Assembly (NCBI GenBank): GCA_905181595.1
Contig: CAJIYI010000001.1
Coordinates: 151,938-215,937 of the forward strand
Direction: 5' to 3'
DNA: 64,000 bases
DNA from: an uncultured SAR86 cluster bacterium
Lineage (GTDB): Bacteria > Pseudomonadota > Gammaproteobacteria > Magnimaribacterales > D2472
Below, piece after piece: positions 60,651 to 64,000 of the stretch. Position 1 is the stretch's first letter; each line of letters opens with the position of its first letter. The position numbers and the translations under genes were made by a program. The notes beneath the pieces were generated by a model. It worked only from the letters and a program-made list of their open reading frames with translations. It was not told the DNA's origin and did no database searches.

Positions 60651-61465
60651 CTTTTAGAGGGAGCCGGAGCTTTTCTTTGAAAGAAATTCCATGAAGTATC
60701 TTGAGATTCAACTTCAGGAGATGAGTCATTTGCATCAATAATCAGTTGGATGTCATCCATTAACTCAAAATACCCTAACTCTCTATAACAATCTCTCACC
60801 ACCTTTAAAGCTCTGATTGTTTCTGAGGTGTTGGGAATATTCTCTATGACATAATTCGCTCTTCTTAAAGCTGCAACGTACGCCTTTCTTTTCATGTAGT
60901 AATCAGCTGCCACAAGCTCACTTTTTGCAATCAAACTTCTGAGGTAAATTAGTCGCTGAGATGCATATGGCGCATATTGACTCTGAGGAAAGCGAGTTAA
61001 AAATTCCGACAGCTCACTAAATGCCTGCTTAGCTCCTGATATATCCCGATTGGATAGGTCTGATTTAAAGACTCTGGCAAACATCCCTTTGTCTCTGGTA
61101 TAACTAGCAATACCTTTCATAAAGTATGCATAGTCAATATTTGGATGTCGTGGATTTAATCTAATAAATTTTTCAGCGGCCTCATGAGAAGCTTCATCTT
61201 CGCCGTTCATAAAATATGCATAAACCAATTCAGATTGAGCCTGCTCTGCATAACGACCAAAAGGATATCTTGATTCTATGGCTTGAAGTGCTTCAATGGC
61301 AGAAAAGAAATTATTAGCCTTCATGCGTCTTTGAGCAAGATCATAGTAGACTTTCTCAGGTTGCTCGACCACTGGACCATCTGAGTTGCAGCCACTCAAA
61401 AATAGCATTGGAAGAATCGCAGTAAAAATTGCGAAGGTTCGAATATTTATTTTTATGAGCTTCAT
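60647..61465 (-). CDS. bamD: outer-membrane protein assembly factor BamD
   Basis: Lipobox LFLSGC and TPR-like repeats. Shows the conserved divergent pairing with rluD. Confidence 0.85.
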   Translation of the reverse strand: MKLIKINIRTFAIFTAILPMLFLSGCNSDGPVVEQPEKVYYDLAQRRMKANNFFSAIEALQAIESRYPFGRYAEQAQSELVYAYFMNGEDEASHEAAEKFIRLNPRHPNIDYAYFMKGIASYTRDKGMFARVFKSDLSNRDISGAKQAFSELSEFLTRFPQSQYAPYASQRLIYLRSLIAKSELVAADYYMKRKAYVAALRRANYVIENIPNTSETIRALKVVRDCYRELGYFELMDDIQLIIDANDSSPEVESQDTSWNFFQRKAPAPSKS

Positions 61466-61544
61466 TGGTAGAGTATTTTACATTTATTAACAGATTTAGG
61501 TTAATTCCAGTACATTAGATTTAAATATAGTAAAAAAGTTCCAA

Positions 61545-62480
61545 ATGACCCAGTTAATAAAGACTATCAGCAGTGATTTTCACAATGTTCGATTAGATCA
61601 GGCTGCAACAGCGCTTTTTGAGGACTATTCTAGGAGCCAAATTCAACGCTGGATTGAAGCAGGTAATTTATTGATCAATGGCGAAAGTTTAAGGCCAAAA
61701 GATAAGGTGCAAGAAGGCGATGAGTTATCTTTGGACCCCATTCTTGAAAATCGAGTCTCATGGGAGGCTGAAGATATCCCCTTAAATATTCATCATGAAG
61801 AGGATGAATTTCTTATTATAAATAAACCTTATGGTTTGGTGATGCATCCAGGTGCAGGCTGCAACAATGGCACTCTTGCTAATGCATTGGCTTTTCATTA
61901 TCCGCAATTGATCCAACTTCCCAGATGTGGAATTGTGCATAGATTAGATAAAGATACTTCAGGGCTTTTAGTTATCGCTAAGACTGAAAAGTTCCGGAAC
62001 TTCTTTGTAGAAAAGCTTCAAAACAGAGAAATATTTAAGGAATATGAAGCCTTGGTTGTCGGGCAAGTAATTGGAAGCTTTTCTATAGAGCAAGCAATTG
62101 AAAGGGACCCTAGAAACAGAATTAAAATGAGGACAACTGATTTTGGGCGAGAGGCAATTTCGCATATATCGCTCATTAAATTTTATAACGGCTATTCTCA
62201 TGTAGCCATTGAGATTGAAACCGGCAGAACTCACCAAATTCGTGTTCATCTCAGCCATCATAAATTACCGATCATTGGCGACCGAACATACAATCCACGC
62301 AATGCAATAGCGAAAGATACCCCGAAAGAAATACTGCCCATTATTCAACATTTTCCACGCCAAGCCCTTCACGCCTCAAAGATTGGATTTGAACTAATGG
62401 GAACAGGAGAAAAGGTTCAATTTGAGCAATCTCCGCCAGAAGATATGAGTGCGCTTATATCCACTCTAGAGAGGGTTTAA
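61545..62480 (+). CDS. rluD: 23S rRNA pseudouridine synthase D
   Basis: S4 domain N-terminus, catalytic HRLDKDTSGLLV and TGRTHQIRVH. 311 aa. Confidence 0.92.
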   Translation: MTQLIKTISSDFHNVRLDQAATALFEDYSRSQIQRWIEAGNLLINGESLRPKDKVQEGDELSLDPILENRVSWEAEDIPLNIHHEEDEFLIINKPYGLVMHPGAGCNNGTLANALAFHYPQLIQLPRCGIVHRLDKDTSGLLVIAKTEKFRNFFVEKLQNREIFKEYEALVVGQVIGSFSIEQAIERDPRNRIKMRTTDFGREAISHISLIKFYNGYSHVAIEIETGRTHQIRVHLSHHKLPIIGDRTYNPRNAIAKDTPKEILPIIQHFPRQALHASKIGFELMGTGEKVQFEQSPPEDMSALISTLERV

Positions 62481-62564
62481 TCGATGTTAATGGCTGCAAA
62501 TGACTTGTTTTTCACTATAATTGATGTATAAAACCTTTTACTTTGTAGTTAATACATTCAATTC

Positions 62565-64000
62565 ATGAAACTGTCCGGTGGAGATCTTCTAATGCGCGCC
62601 CTCAAGGATGAGGGGGTAAAATTTATATTTGGTTACCCTGGCGGCGCTGCTCTGCACATTTACGATGCAATTTTTAAGCAAAAAGCATTTGAGCACATCC
62701 TTGTCCGACATGAACAGGGAGCTACCCATGCAGCTGATGGCTATTCAAGAGCTACAGGAAAACCCGGAGTTGCATTAGTCACATCTGGTCCTGGAGCAAC
62801 CAATGCTATTACTGGTCTAGCTACAGCTTACATGGATTCAATTCCACTCATCGTTATATCTGGGCAAGTGCAAAGTCATCTAATAGGAACTGATTCATTT
62901 CAAGAAACCGACATGATTGGAATTTCTCGTCCTATCGTAAAACATAGTTTCATCGTACAAGACACAAAAGAAATTCCTCGCATAGTTCAGGAGGCATTTT
63001 ATATAGCGACATCAGGAAGACCTGGTCCAGTTGTTATTGATATCCCAAAAGATAAAACTGATCCTACTAAACTATATGACTACAAAAGAGCAAAGCAGAT
63101 CTCGATTCGTTCATACCAACCGAAAGCTCATTCCGCACCCTGGCCAAATTAAAAAAGCTTCTAAAAATATTCTTTCGGCAGAAAGACCGGTAATTTATGC
63201 CGGTGGGGGAGTTATTTTAGGTAATGCCCATAAAGAGTTAATGGCTCTAAATAAAGTTTTGAAAGCACCTGTCACCAATACTTTAATGGGTCTTGGCTGC
63301 ATATCCAGCAAATGATAAATATTTCATGGGCATGCTGGGTATGCATGGAACATATCAAGCAAATATGGCTATGCATAATGCTGATCTCATTATTGCAATT
63401 GGAGCTAGGTTTGATGATCGCATTACTAATACTCCGGCACTATTTGCCCCTAAAGCTAGAATTATTCATATTGATGTAGATCCAGCTTCTATTTCAAAAA
63501 TTATTACTGCGGATATTCCAATAGTTGGTCAGGTAAAAGAATCTATTAGTGCTTTGATTAAAGAAATCAAACGCTCAAAACTAAAAATTGATTCAGATGC
63601 TCTTGATGCATGGAATTCTCAGATTTCCACTTGGCGTGCTAAGCATGGTCTTGATCATGAGCTATACCTTCAAAAGAACAAATCTAAAATGATTCTTCCT
63701 CAAGTTGTTGTGCAAGAACTTTATCAAGCAACAAATGGAAATGCATGGGTCACTTCTGATGTTGGCCAACATCAAATGTTTGTAGCTCAGTATTATCATT
63801 TTAATAAACCGAGGCGTTGGATAAATTCTGGAGGATTGGGCACTATGGGTTTTGGTCTGCCTGCAGCCATGGGAGCCAAGCTAGCGTTTCCTAAAGATGA
63901 AGTTGTATGTGTAACAGGTGAGGGCAGTATTCAAATGTGTATTCAAGAGCTTTCGACATGCTTGCAATACAATCTTCCTATCAAAATTATTAATATTAAT
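62565..64000 (+). pseudogene. ilvI: acetolactate synthase large subunit, interrupted by two +1 frameshifts, runs off the window end
   Basis: Frame 0 gives [28 protein letters not shown]...RSYQPKAH. It shifts at about 63130-63136 into [25 protein letters not shown]...TLMGLG. It shifts again at about 63298 into AYPANDKYFMGMLGMHGTYQANMAMHNADL...GLGTMGFGLPAA, which continues to 64000. Confidence 0.85.

Noticed and set aside
62484-62531. 15-codon mini-ORF (MLMAANDLFFTIIDV) upstream of ilvI as a possible attenuation leader peptide
   Set aside because: It has no run of consecutive Ile/Leu/Val codons, and no alternative terminator/antiterminator hairpins are evident.

Overview
This is an AT-rich (about one-third G+C by eye, not computed), extremely gene-dense chromosomal segment. 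Its core synteny is gammaproteobacterial: rsfS-rlmH-mrdA-rodA-mltB-dac, holA-lptE-leuS, dsbD-aroQ-accBC, hemCD, trxA-rho, bamD/rluD and parEC. That fits a streamlined marine-type gammaproteobacterium, which is an inference. About 60 protein genes are supported. I saw no rRNA, tRNA, CRISPR array, transposase, integrase, phage block, or recognisable defence or toxin-antitoxin module. Accessory content comprises a beta-glucoside mini-locus (GPH symporter, Gfo/Idh/MocA-AKR fusion enzyme, cytoplasmic GH3+PA14 glucosidase), oxyR/katG, a TetR-MFP-RND efflux unit, and a patch of small-molecule enzymes and transporters (cupin, TauD, GATase, AGCS symporter, serine hydrolase). Main observations: (1) A 19-bp palindrome occurs twice in tandem over the tetR/efflux promoter and a third time over the -10 of tolC 36 kb away, which suggests one repressor wiring a genetically split tripartite pump. 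(2) Six single-base frameshifts hit four well-conserved genes (katG x2, dat, cupin, ilvI x2), none in a long homopolymer, so gene decay versus assembly error must be settled at read level. (3) An uncharacterised 374-aa gene sits with zero spacing inside the normally conserved leuS-lptE-holA operon. (4) DsbD is reduced to its periplasmic alpha domain. (5) Gene overlap is pervasive, including convergent 3' overlaps, near-zero divergent spacers and a gapless 8-gene string. I did not find a clear novel multi-gene system. All functional calls rest on motif and synteny recognition from memory, because no database search was possible.
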